This document shows, one piece after another, positions 16,809 to 26,697 of a DNA stretch of 64,000 bases (position 1 is the first letter of the stretch; each line of letters opens with the position of its first letter). The notes beneath the pieces were generated by a model. The model saw nothing but the letters and a program-made list of their open reading frames with translations, made no database searches and was not told the DNA's origin. Origin of the DNA: Candidatus Altiarchaeota archaeon. GTDB lineage: Archaea; Altiarchaeota; Altiarchaeia; IMC4; SCGC-AAA252-I15. The stretch lies in contig JAZDMS010000035.1 in assembly GCA_043800705.1 (NCBI GenBank), positions 2,579 through 66,578 on the forward strand, read 5' to 3'. The translations under genes were made by a program, and so were the position numbers.

Positions 16809-18282
16809 TGCCCTCGGCGGCATCCCATTTGACGAGGCTCCTGCGAAGGATGACGATCGAGGCCGGCAGGAGCACGATGGCATACAGCGCCGTCAGCGAC
16901 AGCGACAGCATCTGGCTTGCGTACCCTGTCATGAAGAGGACCGCAGGCAGTATGAGCGGCGGCAGTATCGCCAGGACGTAGAGCGCGAACACTCCGCCGC
17001 TGTAGAGCATGACGTTCGGCTTAAGCCCGGTGAGATATGCAGTGACGGCAACGGAATAGGCCGCAACGGAAGCCGCGAGCAGAAGACCCGCGGGGAGGAA
17101 GACCAGCGCAGGGGCGAGGAGGGAGTAAGAGGCTGCGATGATGGGCGTCCCTACTGCGACTGATACGGCCCCGTAAAGGGCGAGCTTCGATGCCATTATG
17201 TAGCTCGTATGGATCGGCATGAATGCGTAAAGTTCCTCGAAGTCGAGCTCCGTGAGCCAGCTGTAGAGACTCGTCGAGACAAGGCCTGTCATCAGCGAGA
17301 TCAGCATCATGAAGTGGTAGGTTTCAATCGGCAGGAGCCTCGAGAAGAAGGACACCATAGCTACGACGGCGACTATGGGCAGGCCGAAGCTCATGAAGAT
17401 CTTCCCGATTCCCCCTTCGCTGCGGTTCAGGTCCAGGAGGTCCTTCGCGACGAACGGAGAGAGTCTGCCGAACCCAAGCTTGCCGACCAGTGATACATAT
17501 TGGTTGTGGTAGCGCCTTGCGGACAGGCGATAGTCGACCTTCAGTGCCCAGATCGAAGACGCCGACAATGTGAATGCCAAGGCCAGTGCGATAAATGCGT
17601 CCTGTGGGCTGTGATGGAGGTAAAACTGAAGCGGCGGCAGAAGGGATGAGAGCCCTTCCAGGCTGAGCCAGGCCGGGTCATGGAGGGAGTACGCGAAAGT
17701 CCCTGCAAAGACGGCGGCAAGGAGCGCTTTCCCAAGGTGTGCGTATGCAGTCGTTGCGGCGAAGCTCAGGGAGAGGCCGAACAGGAACGTCAGTGCCAGC
17801 GAGGCTGCGAGATATGGGACGGAAGCCAGCGTCAGCCCCAGCATAAGCCTCGAGGGCGCATATGCCGCGAAGAAGGGGAGTATGAGGAAGAATGCGTAGA
17901 ATATCGTGTCCTTGAGCACGAAGTTTGCGAATATCCCGCGCTCCGAGACCGGGAGGGTCCTGCTCGCATACGCGATCAGGCTTATGTCGCCGAGCCTGCG
18001 GTTCAGCGCCTCCTGCCCCATGAAGCCGAAGCCCCCGACAGACAGGCCGAAGAAGAGGTATATCAGGTGCATGACGGCGGCCATCTGTTCGCTTGTCAGA
18101 AGCAGCCTGTAGATGGGCAGAAGCATCGATGCCGTGAATGCGAGGATAGCCATGATTATCGGGAAGAAGCTGAAGCTCCTGTTGCCAAGAAGGATGGAGT
18201 GCATCCTCCACTCCTCCCTCATCATATGCCTAAGCAGTGGGAGCATCCCCCCCTCCGACGAGGTCAATGAACAACTGCTCAA
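16789..18282 (-). CDS. ABC exporter permease (polytopic membrane protein)
   Basis: About 12 hydrophobic segments, directly downstream of the ATPase gene. The true start is probably an internal Met (18246 or 18225). Confidence 0.65.
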   Translation of the reverse strand: MSSCSLTSSEGGMLPLLRHMMREEWRMHSILLGNRSFSFFPIIMAILAFTASMLLPIYRLLLTSEQMAAVMHLIYLFFGLSVGGFGFMGQEALNRRLGDISLIAYASRTLPVSERGIFANFVLKDTIFYAFFLILPFFAAYAPSRLMLGLTLASVPYLAASLALTFLFGLSLSFAATTAYAHLGKALLAAVFAGTFAYSLHDPAWLSLEGLSSLLPPLQFYLHHSPQDAFIALALAFTLSASSIWALKVDYRLSARRYHNQYVSLVGKLGFGRLSPFVAKDLLDLNRSEGGIGKIFMSFGLPIVAVVAMVSFFSRLLPIETYHFMMLISLMTGLVSTSLYSWLTELDFEELYAFMPIHTSYIMASKLALYGAVSVAVGTPIIAASYSLLAPALVFLPAGLLLAASVAAYSVAVTAYLTGLKPNVMLYSGGVFALYVLAILPPLILPAVLFMTGYASQMLSLSLTALYAIVLLPASIVILRRSLVKWDAAEGITPGAV

Positions 18283-18961
18283 GGTGTTCGCGCCTCTTCA
18301 ACAGGTCGTGTATCGGGCCTTCAGCAACGATTTCACCCTTATTGAGGATGGCTACCTCGTCGCACAGCTCTTCGACGGTCTCCAGGAGGTGGCTGCATAT
18401 GAAGACGGAATTCCCCTCCTTCGCATATCCTTTGAGGAAGTCCTTCACCCGCTTCTGCGCTATCGGGTCCAGGTTGACGAGAGGCTCGTCGATGAACACT
18501 ATAGTGGGCTTGTGGAGGAATGCCTGGCTGACCATCAGCTTCTGCCTGGTGCCCCTCGAAAGGTCCTTGCAGAGGACGTTCCTGTGGCCGTCGTAGTCCA
18601 ACAGCTTGAACCACCTGTCCGCCTCCTTTTCCCAGCCCATTATCCCGCGGATCTCGGCGACGAACGACAGGTATTCCTCTGCCGTGAGGAAGCTCGGAGG
18701 CGACTCCTGCTCGGGGATGATGCCCACCTTTCTGCGGACGCCGACTGGATCTGAGACGGCGTCCAAGCCCAGGACGGAGACCCTCCCCGAAGTGGGCTTG
18801 ATCTGGCCGGTAAGGGACTTGATGATCGTCGTCTTGCCGGCTCCGTTTGGGCCGACGAGGCCGAAGATGCTCCCGGAACCTACCGAGAACGAGACGCCTT
18901 TGACGGCCTTTACTGTGCCATAATCCTTGACGAGGCTCTCGACGGAGACTACGATCGTCAT
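18230..18961 (-). CDS. ABC transporter ATP-binding protein
   Basis: Walker A GPNGAGKTT, signature LSRGTRQKL, Walker B VFIDEP. Confidence 0.9.
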   Translation of the reverse strand: MTIVVSVESLVKDYGTVKAVKGVSFSVGSGSIFGLVGPNGAGKTTIIKSLTGQIKPTSGRVSVLGLDAVSDPVGVRRKVGIIPEQESPPSFLTAEEYLSFVAEIRGIMGWEKEADRWFKLLDYDGHRNVLCKDLSRGTRQKLMVSQAFLHKPTIVFIDEPLVNLDPIAQKRVKDFLKGYAKEGNSVFICSHLLETVEELCDEVAILNKGEIVAEGPIHDLLKRREHLEQLFIDLVGGGDAPTA

Positions 18962-18991
18962 GGCTACATATTGTGCGCGCGACTTATTAGC

Positions 18992-20511
18992 CTAGTTCTT
19001 AGCGGGAGGCTCCTTTTTTCCCGGAGCAGAGGGCAGATTCTCGTGCAAGGCTTCGATTTCGCCGTCTCTGACAGCCTGCGTGGATATCCCAAACTTTGCA
19101 CCCGCCAGGATGTTATGTATCATGGAGTACCTCCTCAAGGGGGAGACCTGAAGACCGGTTTCCTTGGCCATCCCAATGACATCGAGCTCCCGCTGGAGAA
19201 GGTTGATCAATCCGGCACCCACACCATGTTCGGCCAGGATCGGGAGGTCACCGGCCATATAATCGCCGACGTCGACGCCGGTCCAATTCAGGTCAGGCAC
19301 AAGGCCTCTGCGTCGGGCATATCCAGTGACTTTCGTTCCCGGAAAAAGCGTCGTTCCCGCTACCAGCTTGGTCTCCACGCCGTATTCCTCAGCAAGCATG
19401 TATGCCATCATATTGCTTCCGATGAGATCGTCTATGTTCTCCCCTGGGAGGCCTAGTATGAAGTATGCTGTAGATCTGATGCCCAACTCCTTCAGCCAAC
19501 CCGCGACTTTCCCGACATCCTGATTGGTGAACTTCTTTCCAAGGACACGCTCCCTCACGCCTTCGTTCGCCGACTCTATCCCGAATTCCACTTTTTGCAG
19601 CCGTTGTCACGCATTATCTTAAGAAGTTCCCGGTCAACGGTCGATATCGTGATATTCGACGTCCAGATTGCCGTCGGGTCTATCCGCCCCATACCCTTCG
19701 CTATCTCGATGACTCTCCCCCTGTCGGAGGTGAACGTGTCGTCAACGAACTGGATGAGCTCGGGATTGAATCTGCCATACAGCCATCGGACTTCGGACAG
19801 GACGTTTTCCGGGCTGCGGTACCTGACTTTACGGCCCGTGAAGGCAGACCCTGAGCAGAACATGCAGGCGAATGCGCAGCCGCGGGAGGTCGAGACAGGA
19901 AACGATGTAAATGTCTTCTTGCACATACCTATATAGTATCTGGGTATGTCAAACAGGTCCCATGCGGGGAAAGGCAGGCAGTCAAGGTCTTCGTTGAATG
20001 GGTGGCAGCGGTTGTGGACAGGCTTTCCCCCGACCCTGAAGCTCCAGCCCAAGAGGCCGCCCAAGCTGCCTTCGAGCTCTCCACTGCTTCCGGAGGATTT
20101 TACCGCTGACATGAGCTCGACCATGGCCTGCTCGCCCTCCCGCCTGCAGATCCCGTCGAATAAGCCCTCTTTGAGATAGTCGCCGGCAGTGAATCCCATG
20201 TGCGGGCCTCCGCCGACCACGAACACGCCGGGCTTCTCGTCCTTCGCGGTTTTCGCTATCGCTGAAATGTAGAGCCTGTTCGAGGTCAGGCCGTATATTC
20301 CCACGACCGTGGGGTCGACTCGCCTCATCGTCGCCTCCACGGATTCGATGACATGGCCTGTCTCTGCGAAGCTGAGGTCTTCGACCGCCACCTGGAAGCC
20401 CGCCTGCCTCACGGATGCCGCCACATACGCCAGCCCCAACGGGGGATAAGGATATCCGCCCGCGACGAGGCCGGCATCGGCGGCATTGATCAACAACAGG
20501 TCAGTCGCCAT
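18992..20511 (-). pseudogene. B12-binding-domain radical SAM enzyme split by a 1-nt frameshift
   Basis: The N-terminal part (19576..20511) carries the B12-like domain and SRGCAFACMFCSG (CX3CX2C), and ends ...MRDNGCKKWNSG*. The second ORF (18992..19591) starts (V)EFGIESANEGVRERVLGKKF, which is the expected continuation. One extra base at ggctgcaaaaag|tggaattc would give GCKKVEFGIES. Confidence 0.75.
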
Positions 20512-20552
20512 ATAGGGATAATGGAGGGACTGGAGTAAATACCTTCAGCGCA

Positions 20553-21056
20553 TCACTGCGGCTTGTAGCAGGAATCGGGTACGATGTTGCGCTCGATTAT
20601 CTTCGGCACCTGCCCGTACTTCGTGTAGTCCGGTAGGTGGCTCACATAGGTCGTGGTCGTGGTCGACTGCGGCGGCCTGTATTCGAGCGTGGTCGACGCG
20701 GATGTGGTCGTCGTGTATCGAACCAATGTAGTCGTGGACGTCGACGAAGTAGTGGCCGTAGAGGATGTCGATGATGTTGTCGTGGTCGCCGGGGCCTCTG
20801 ATCTTCCGCCGTCCATCGCATATGCGGCGCCAAGGCCTACGATGAGCAGGGACAACGCTGCCAGGATCGTCGAAAAAAGCGCACCACCGACCAGTAGAGG
20901 CCTCTTCTTTACCATGGCTGATATTACCGCTTGTGGGAATTTATCCTGCATCCTATGAGCCATGACAGCAATTCGGCGGGCAAAACGACCGCTAAAGCCG
21001 CTGCGACAGGCAAAAGGGCGTCGAACAAGGCGGACCCGGTCCCGCATAGGAGGCAC
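20553..21056 (-). CDS. membrane-anchored Ser/Thr-rich protein
   Basis: TM segment LLVGGALFSTILAALSLLIVGLGAAYA followed by TTTTSSTSSTATTSSTSTTT. The start is probably an internal Met. It is the last gene of the cop operon strand. Confidence 0.45.
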   Translation of the reverse strand: MPPMRDRVRLVRRPFACRSGFSGRFARRIAVMAHRMQDKFPQAVISAMVKKRPLLVGGALFSTILAALSLLIVGLGAAYAMDGGRSEAPATTTTSSTSSTATTSSTSTTTLVRYTTTTSASTTLEYRPPQSTTTTTYVSHLPDYTKYGQVPKIIERNIVPDSCYKPQ

Positions 21057-21061
21057 ATTTT

Positions 21062-21871
21062 CTAGTCCTTTGGCATATAGTGGAACATGTCGAGGGACGT
21101 GTTCGTCGGCTCCAGGATGCCTGCTACGTATGCGTCGGCGCCGAAGAATCCGTCCAGCCTGTCCCCCACGCCCTTGATGAGCCCTTCGTCCATCATCATC
21201 TTCGCCTCGGAGGCGCCGAGGACAAGGGGTGCGTATGTCCTGTTCTGGTTGGCATGCAGGTCGATTCCCGCGAAGTCCAGGCTGACGACGGCCCTGTCAT
21301 CCTTTATCGGTTTGAAACCGTCCAGGCTCCCCTGGGCGAACCGCAGCGCCGTCGGCCAGTTCGTGCCTTCTTTGTCGATGTAGTAGAAGAATTTAGGCAT
21401 CTTCTCCTCGGTGTATTTCACTGTTATCGCCTCTCCCGGCGGTAGGGAGTCGTATGTCTCCTTCGGCAGGATATGCATCATGTCCATGAGCGTGCCGGTC
21501 CTCTTGAGCATCCCGGTCACCCGCGTCTGCCTGCCCAGGAATCCTTCATCGACTGTGTAGCCCCAAATGGCTTGCGAGACGGTTATGTTGTTTTCCTCTG
21601 CCATGTCTTTTGCCTCTTCGTAGCCCAGTACCATGGAATCCGCTTCCGGGACTGGATCGCCCATGACGACGGGCACGCTCGAGAGTCTGCCTACAGGCAC
21701 ATATGCCAGAATCTCGGGGGCGTCCTCTTCGAACAGAACCTTTATCTTCATATCGCCGAACACCATCGGGTTTATTCCCTGGCTCATGCTGAAATAACCC
21801 TGCTGGTACAATGCCGCGGAACCCAGCAGGATCACCAAAGCCGTGAACGCGAATGCCTTCTTGTTTTCCAT
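21062..21871 (-). CDS. exported protein of unknown function (internal duplication), co-oriented 1 nt after copA
   Basis: Signal/anchor MENKKAFAFTALVILLGSAALY. The motif pair GMLKRTGTLMDMMHILPKE and GILEPTNTSLDMFHYMPKD marks two related halves. Confidence 0.6.
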   Translation of the reverse strand: MENKKAFAFTALVILLGSAALYQQGYFSMSQGINPMVFGDMKIKVLFEEDAPEILAYVPVGRLSSVPVVMGDPVPEADSMVLGYEEAKDMAEENNITVSQAIWGYTVDEGFLGRQTRVTGMLKRTGTLMDMMHILPKETYDSLPPGEAITVKYTEEKMPKFFYYIDKEGTNWPTALRFAQGSLDGFKPIKDDRAVVSLDFAGIDLHANQNRTYAPLVLGASEAKMMMDEGLIKGVGDRLDGFFGADAYVAGILEPTNTSLDMFHYMPKD

Positions 21872-21872
21872 C

Positions 21873-24059
21873 TTAATCCAACCTCCCGTATTTCAGAAGC
21901 AGCGAGTTCGTGACGACGGAGACGGAGCTCAACGCCATCGCACCACCCGCGATGATCGGCGAAAGGAGCCATCCCGTGAACGGATATAGGAGCCCCGCCG
22001 CGACCGGTATGCCGAGGGTGTTGTAAAACAGCGCCCAGAACATGTTCTGCCTGATCTTGCCCATCGTCGCCTTGCTAAGCCTGATGGCCTTCACGATGTC
22101 CAGGGGGTCGTTTCGCATGAGGACTATGCCGCCGGACTCCATCGCGACATCCGTGCCGGAAGCCATGGCCACGCCGACGTCGGCCTGGGCGAGCGCGGGT
22201 GCGTCGTTTATGCCGTCGCCGACCATCGCCACCTTCATCCCCTCGGACTGCAGCTTTTTCACGTGACCTGCCTTGTCCTGGGGCAGGACTTCTGCGAAGA
22301 CGCTATCCACGCCAAGCTGGCGTCCCACGGCCTCAGCAGTCCGCCTGTTGTCTCCGGTTATCATATACACTTTGATCCTCATCTTCTTCAGGCGCTCCAC
22401 CGCCTCCTTCGAGGACTCCTTGATCGTGTCCGCGATCGCGACGATGGCTGCCAGTTTCCCGTCGACCGACAGCGTGACGGCGGTCTTTCCCTCGTCTTCC
22501 AGCCTGCAGAGCCTTGGCTCAAGAACCGAACAGTCGACCTTTTCGTTGGAAAGGAGGGCCCTGTTGCCGAGGACCACCCTCTTGAAGTCCACGATGGCCT
22601 CCACGCCCTGGCCCGGGACGGCCTTGAAGTCGAGAGGCTCGCCGGGGGCGACTCCCTTGGCTTTGACGTATTCCAGTACCGCCTCGGCCAGCGGGTGTTC
22701 GCTGTTCTTCTCTACAGCACCCACATACTGAAGGACGGTCTCCTCGCTGAAGCCCTCCAAGACGATGAAATCCGTCACCGAAGGCTTGCCTTTCGTCAGC
22801 GTCCCGGTCTTGTCCAGGACGACCGCATTTATCCTGTGGGCGGTCTCCAGCGCATCCCCGCTCTTTATGAGCACGCCTTCCCCTGCGCCGCGGCCGACGC
22901 CGACCATTATCGCAGTCGGCGTAGCGAGGCCCAGGGCACATGGGCAGGATATGACGAGGACGGACACGGCTATCGTGAGCGCAAAGGCGAAGCTCTTGCC
23001 CATGATGAAGTACCATGCCAGAAACGACAGCAATGCAATGATTATGACCACGGGAACAAAGTAGCTGGATACGACGTCCGCGAAGCGCTGTATCGGCGCC
23101 CTGCTGCCTTGAGCGTCTTCGACGAGGCGTATGATCTGCGCGAGCGTCGTCTCGGAGCCGACCTTCGTGGCCTTGAACCGGAACGAGCCGTGCTTGTTTA
23201 TCGTGGAGCCGATGACTGTGCTTCCCGCCGTCTTTTCTACCGGGATGCTCTCCCCGGTGATCATGGACTCGTCTATGCTCGACGAGCCGGATACGATTAT
23301 CCCGTCAACCGGGACCTTCTCCCCCGGCTTGACGACGACTATGTCGCCCGCCCTGACCGAGTCGACGGGCACTACAGCCTCCACTCCGTCGCGGACTACT
23401 GTGGCCGTCTTGGGCCGCAGGTCCATGAGCTTCCGAATAGCCTCCCCGGTCCTGCCTTTTGCGCTCATCTCCAGGTATTTCCCGGCCAGAACGAAGGTTA
23501 TGAGGACAGCCGACGTCTCGAAGTACTGGTCCGCCATCGGCTTCGTAAGCATGATCGCGACGCTGTAGATGTATGCTGCAGAGGTGCCCACCGCGACGAG
23601 GGTGTCCATGTTGCTGGTCCTGTTCTGAGCTGCGGCCCACGCCCCCCGGTAGAACCTGGAGCCCGCGATGAACTGTATCGGCGTGCAAAGGAGGAACAGG
23701 ACGAATATCCTGTAGGGGAAGTCCATGATGAACATCCCTATGAGGAAGGCTGGCAGCGCGATGGCGACCGAGCCTATCAGAAGGCGCCTCAGTTCGACTA
23801 TCTCCCGCTTCTTCTCCAGCTCCTCGAGGCCCTTGTCGGCTTCGGTCGAGACGGTGGCGCCGTAGCCTTTCTTCTTCACTGCCTCGATCAGCTTCGGCAC
23901 GTCGAGCTTCGATTCGTCGTATTCCACGTGGGCCTTCTCCGTGGAGAGGTTCACGTTCGCGGAAACGACGCCGTCAGTCTTCTGAAGCCCCCGTGTCACA
24001 AGCGCCGAGCAGCTTGCGCAGTGCATACCCGAAATCTTGAGGTTGATCTTCTTAGCCAT
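21873..24059 (-). CDS. copA: copper-translocating P1B-type ATPase
   Basis: N-terminal HMA motif [33 protein letters not shown]. Confidence 0.95.
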   Translation of the reverse strand: MAKKINLKISGMHCASCSALVTRGLQKTDGVVSANVNLSTEKAHVEYDESKLDVPKLIEAVKKKGYGATVSTEADKGLEELEKKREIVELRRLLIGSVAIALPAFLIGMFIMDFPYRIFVLFLLCTPIQFIAGSRFYRGAWAAAQNRTSNMDTLVAVGTSAAYIYSVAIMLTKPMADQYFETSAVLITFVLAGKYLEMSAKGRTGEAIRKLMDLRPKTATVVRDGVEAVVPVDSVRAGDIVVVKPGEKVPVDGIIVSGSSSIDESMITGESIPVEKTAGSTVIGSTINKHGSFRFKATKVGSETTLAQIIRLVEDAQGSRAPIQRFADVVSSYFVPVVIIIALLSFLAWYFIMGKSFAFALTIAVSVLVISCPCALGLATPTAIMVGVGRGAGEGVLIKSGDALETAHRINAVVLDKTGTLTKGKPSVTDFIVLEGFSEETVLQYVGAVEKNSEHPLAEAVLEYVKAKGVAPGEPLDFKAVPGQGVEAIVDFKRVVLGNRALLSNEKVDCSVLEPRLCRLEDEGKTAVTLSVDGKLAAIVAIADTIKESSKEAVERLKKMRIKVYMITGDNRRTAEAVGRQLGVDSVFAEVLPQDKAGHVKKLQSEGMKVAMVGDGINDAPALAQADVGVAMASGTDVAMESGGIVLMRNDPLDIVKAIRLSKATMGKIRQNMFWALFYNTLGIPVAAGLLYPFTGWLLSPIIAGGAMALSSVSVVTNSLLLKYGRLD

Positions 24060-24068
24060 ATCAGATCA

Positions 24069-25961
24069 TCACATCATCCCGCAGCCGCAGCCGCTGGACG
24101 GCTTAGCCTGTGCGCCGGAGCCTAATCCCCCGCCGCCCATCATCCCGCATCCTCCGGTGCCTCCGCAGCCGCAACTTCCGCCGCTTGGGGCGGCAGGCGC
24201 CTCAGCCAGGGCATTTTTCACCTGCGCTGCGTCGGTCAAGTCCACATTCTCCTTGACGATGAAATTGCCCTTGATCATACCCATCCAGCAGCTCCATGGG
24301 ACCGTTCCAGCCTTATCTGGCGTGAACTCCACAGTCTGCTGCCCCTTCTTTATGTCGAACTGGAGGCCGAGACTCGGGACCTTTATCCCGCTGTTGCATC
24401 CCGTTAACTGTTGCCCGTCGATGACCCATTTCACCGGGACTCCGGCCTTGAGGACGAACGTGTTAGGCTGCCAGCCGGATGCGGTCACGTTCATATGGAT
24501 CGTCTGGTATCCTTCGGAGCCGGCATTCTTCTGCCCGACCGCGGTTGTGGTCGACGGACTGCCTGATGCAGTGGTCGTCGGAGCAGGCGCGGACCATGCA
24601 GCCTGAGACTGGGCCACGGGCCCCCCCTTCGCAGCCACGTCGTCCCTTACGATAAATGTGCCGGGGATCATGCCCATCCAACAGCTCCACGGGACCGTCC
24701 CCGCCTCCGCCGGCGTGAACGTTATCGTCTGCATGCCTTTTTTTATGTCGAATTTCAGGCCGTACTTAGGCACCTGTATCGCGCTATTGCAGCTTGTGAT
24801 CTGCTGGCCGTCGATTATCCATTTCACGGGCACCCCCGTCTTCAGGATGAACCGGTCAGGCTGCCACCCATAGGCGGTCACGTTCATCCGTATCACCTGG
24901 CTGCCTTCTGCGTCCATTTCCACGGCGTCGCCTGAGGGCGACTGCATCACCGTGGGCGCAGCATTCGCGACGACGGTGTTGACGTCGTAGCCCGTGCCGG
25001 TCAGCGCTATTCCCCTGTTTATCATCACCAGTCCAAGGAGCAGCACAACCGCCCCGGAATATTTCAATATCTTTTTTGTCATCTTGATACTGAGAAAGGA
25101 GGTTATGACCCCGAACCCGAGCAGGAGGGGGAGTGTCCCGAGGCCGAATGAGACCAGATATATCGCCCCATAGTATGGGCTGCCGGACGCCGCAGCCAGC
25201 AGGTAAATCGCCTGCAGCGGACCGCACGCTATCATGAGGCCGTTCAGTAGGCCGATCGACGTCGGACTGTTGGTGGACTGTATCCTGGATGAGACGAATG
25301 TGGGGGTGCTGAGCCTAAGGCTGCGTAGGAGGTTCACACCCAGCATGTTCAAGCCGAACAAAATCAGGAAAAGACCGGCGATGACGGCTGCGACCCCCCG
25401 AAGAAGGGGAGTGAATGTGAAGAACGAGCCTAAGAGGCCGAATACCGCCCCGAAGAATCCGTACGACAGCGTCTTTGCTAGGCCGTATTTCACGTGTGAT
25501 ATGTAGCTTGATCCCTTCCGGGCGGCGTAGCTTACGACGAATCCGCCGCACATCGCTATGCAGTGGAAGCCGGTGAACGCTCCGACAACGAAGAGGAGCG
25601 GGATGGAGATATCCTTCCCTATTGAGGGCGCGTAGGATTCCATGAACGGGGCGATGGCCAGGTAGGCCCCGGCCACCAAGGCAAGGACTCCGATGATCGG
25701 CAGAGCGTCCGATACGCCGGACGATGAGCCGTCCTTGCAGGCGTATCCCTTCTCCTCGATAGCGGATCTTATCCGGTCATATGTCTCCGTCTGTCCATCA
25801 TAGGTCACCTCGCATATGCCTTTCCCGTAGTGTGCCGCGACGTGTACGACGCCCGGCACCTTCTGGACATGCCTCGCGATTATCTTCTCGCAGCCTGTGC
25901 AGACCATCCCGTCTATTCCGATGCTGTCCGTCTTCTGGCCGCTAGCGTGTGTTTTTTTCAA
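24069..25961 (-). CDS. fusion protein: HMA domain, DsbD_2/TauE-like membrane domain, two cupredoxin-like domains, Cys/Gly/Met-rich tail
   Basis: GMVCTGCEKI (HMA). TM region with FHCIAMCGGF and MIACGPLQAIYL. Two repeats of about 95 aa (...GVPVKW(I/V)IDGQQ(I/L)T(S/G)CNS...TVPWSCWMGMI(P/K)G(T/N)FIV). Tail SGGSCGCGGTGGCGMMGGGGLG...SSGCGCGMM. Confidence 0.8.
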   Translation of the reverse strand: MKKTHASGQKTDSIGIDGMVCTGCEKIIARHVQKVPGVVHVAAHYGKGICEVTYDGQTETYDRIRSAIEEKGYACKDGSSSGVSDALPIIGVLALVAGAYLAIAPFMESYAPSIGKDISIPLLFVVGAFTGFHCIAMCGGFVVSYAARKGSSYISHVKYGLAKTLSYGFFGAVFGLLGSFFTFTPLLRGVAAVIAGLFLILFGLNMLGVNLLRSLRLSTPTFVSSRIQSTNSPTSIGLLNGLMIACGPLQAIYLLAAASGSPYYGAIYLVSFGLGTLPLLLGFGVITSFLSIKMTKKILKYSGAVVLLLGLVMINRGIALTGTGYDVNTVVANAAPTVMQSPSGDAVEMDAEGSQVIRMNVTAYGWQPDRFILKTGVPVKWIIDGQQITSCNSAIQVPKYGLKFDIKKGMQTITFTPAEAGTVPWSCWMGMIPGTFIVRDDVAAKGGPVAQSQAAWSAPAPTTTASGSPSTTTAVGQKNAGSEGYQTIHMNVTASGWQPNTFVLKAGVPVKWVIDGQQLTGCNSGIKVPSLGLQFDIKKGQQTVEFTPDKAGTVPWSCWMGMIKGNFIVKENVDLTDAAQVKNALAEAPAAPSGGSCGCGGTGGCGMMGGGGLGSGAQAKPSSGCGCGMM

Positions 25962-26164
25962 TCTTTCACCGTGTATCCGAGGGCTGTTATCGCATTCTTG
26001 ACTTTTTCAGCGTCCAGTTTCCCCTCGTATTTGACGATGACCGTTCCGTCTTTGTGGCTTGCATGCACGGACTTGACGCCGTCTATCTCTCCGACGTCCT
26101 CCTTCACCAGCGCCTCGCAGCTTCCGCAATGCATCCCGCCGACTTTGATCTTCAGCTCTTCCAT
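25958..26164 (-). CDS. copZ: copper chaperone (HMA domain)
   Basis: MEELKIKVGGMHCGSCEALV... The start is placed at the internal Met behind GAGAGGTAAAAAA. It overlaps the next gene start by 4 nt. Confidence 0.8.
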   Translation of the reverse strand: MEELKIKVGGMHCGSCEALVKEDVGEIDGVKSVHASHKDGTVIVKYEGKLDAEKVKNAITALGYTVKD

Positions 26165-26214
26165 TTTTTTACCTCTCGATATCGATACGATGAAACTGAC
26201 TATAAGCATGTGGG

Positions 26215-26228
26215 TGAAACTAGTTTCA
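26215..26228. promoter_or_regulatory. perfect 14-bp palindrome TGAAACTAGTTTCA upstream of copZ
   Basis: It overlaps the nifU stop codon. A further AGTTTCA half-site lies about 20 nt closer to copZ, and a TTATAG box sits between them. Confidence 0.35.
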
Positions 26229-26693
26229 ACACGCCCCTTGCGTGTGCTCGATCTCCGTCCTCTCCCGCCTGATGCGAAGGTGCGCCGCTTCGAGCTCCGG
26301 GGGCATCTTGATGCCCTTCTTGGAGTAGTAATCGTAGACCGCCTCCTTCAGGGCGTCCGCAGCCAGCATCGAGCAGTGGAGCTTCACCGGCGGCAGCCCA
26401 CCGAGCGACGACGCAATGTCCTGGTTGGTGACCGCCAGCGCCTCATCGATCGTCCTGCCCTTGGCAAGCTCCGTGGCCTTGCTGCTTGTCGCTATGGCGG
26501 CCGCGCATCCGAGCGTCTTGAACTTGATGTCTTCGACGTAGTCCTTCCCTTCGGGGTTCCTGCCGACGCGGAGGTAGACCCACATCAGGTCTCCGCAGCG
26601 CATGTTCCCAGCCTCCCCAACCCCGTCCGCGTCCGCGATCTCGCCAACGTTCCTCGGGTTCTGGAAATGGTCCATTACGTCTTTGCTGTACAT
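26226..26693 (-). CDS. iscU: Fe-S cluster scaffold NifU/IscU-like
   Basis: MDHFQNPRNVG, NMRCGDLM, LGCAAAIATSS and LPPVKLHCSMLA motifs. Confidence 0.9.
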   Translation of the reverse strand: MYSKDVMDHFQNPRNVGEIADADGVGEAGNMRCGDLMWVYLRVGRNPEGKDYVEDIKFKTLGCAAAIATSSKATELAKGRTIDEALAVTNQDIASSLGGLPPVKLHCSMLAADALKEAVYDYYSKKGIKMPPELEAAHLRIRRERTEIEHTQGAC

Positions 26694-26697
26694 GGGT

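Noticed and set aside
22263-24125. 620-aa ORF on the plus strand
   Set aside because: It lies entirely antisense to the unmistakable copA gene. Its Arg/Gly/Pro/His-rich, domain-free sequence is typical of a high-GC shadow ORF.
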